Assembly (NCBI GenBank): GCA_964016885.1
Contig: OZ024750.1
Coordinates: forward strand, 14,446,001-14,510,000
Source: Eledone cirrhosa
Lineage: Eukaryota
Length of the DNA: 64,000 bases
Direction of reading: 5' to 3'
In this document: positions 63,421-64,000 of the stretch, piece after piece
How positions within the stretch are numbered: position 1 is the stretch's first letter
Layout: each line of letters begins with the position of its first letter
Translations under genes and position numbers: made by a program
Notes under the pieces: model-generated
Seen by the model: only the letters and a program-made list of their open reading frames with translations
Database searches by the model: none
Told to the model about the DNA's origin: nothing

Positions 63421-63746
63421 TATTTATAAAACCATATTTATTCTATTATATATATTTCAAGGGTACCAAAACTTTGGTACGCTTTCATCAAATAAAATAC
63501 AAAGTTTGTTTTATAAATTTTGACATAACCAAGGAAAAGTACCTTAGCGGTTCTACTTTTCCTTGGATAGTATCTTATCTGATGAAAGTTTTGGTACCCT
63601 TGAAATATATATAATAGAATAAATATGGTTTTATAAATATAGTTTCCATTTATTTAATATCATTGAATATTATACTCCGGATTAATTGTTGAGTGCTCTG
63701 AATCAGTAATAAACATTTATATTTGTTGAATTACCAACAAATTGAA
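63421..63746. mobile_element. Inverted pair of hammerhead-bearing Penelope pseudo-LTRs (related to 53940-54170)
   Basis: 63571-63746 matches the 3' end of the element at 50970-54170 (CTGATGA..GAAATATATATAAT..AATAAATATGGTTTTATAAATATAGTTTCCATTTATTTAATATC). 63421-63541 is its reverse complement, with a central hairpin CCAAGGAAAAGTA/TACTTTTCCTTGG. Confidence 0.8.
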
Positions 63747-64000
63747 TATATATATATATCATCATCATCATCATCACTGTTTTACGTCCGTTCTTCCACG
63801 CTAGCATGGGTTAGACGGGTTGTCCTGTTGTGGGCAGTGTCTGGTCAGCTGACCATGCCTTGCTCATATAGGAACTGATTCTGGCTTGATTTCTACAGCT
63901 GGATGCCCTTCCTAACACCAACCTCATTTACAGTGAGTGCTGGGTGCTTTTATCCGTGGCGCCTACACGTCCACTTTACAGTGTGGGCTGGGTGCTTTTT

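Overview
AT-rich, repeat-dense eukaryotic DNA. The SINE repertoire (tRNA-headed Nin-domain SINEs and SINEs with RTE-like (GAT)n tails) suggests an octopus-like cephalopod; this is inference. Three spliced protein genes were reconstructed by hand with phase-consistent GT-AG junctions: FAHD1 (minus, 3 exons, 214 aa), NRBF2 (plus, 3 exons, 277 aa, head-to-head with FAHD1) and an SH3BP2-like PH-linker-SH2 adaptor (minus, about 31 kb, 16 coding exons, 386 aa). The SH3BP2 model closes frame only with two tandem microexons (11 and 5 nt), and the acceptor of the 11-nt microexon lies in a long RNA hairpin. The protein has two tankyrase-binding-type motifs (RALPDG, RRLPEG). Mobile DNA includes a CR1/L2-type LINE with an open RT domain, a Penelope-like element (RT + GIY-YIG) with a 3' hammerhead ribozyme, two inverted pairs of hammerhead-bearing pseudo-LTRs, tandem Helitrons, piggyBac-type TTAA MITEs, mariner, CRE and RTE remnants, and minisatellites. 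No CRISPR, rRNA or true tRNA is supported. Repeat boundaries are approximate and were read by eye.
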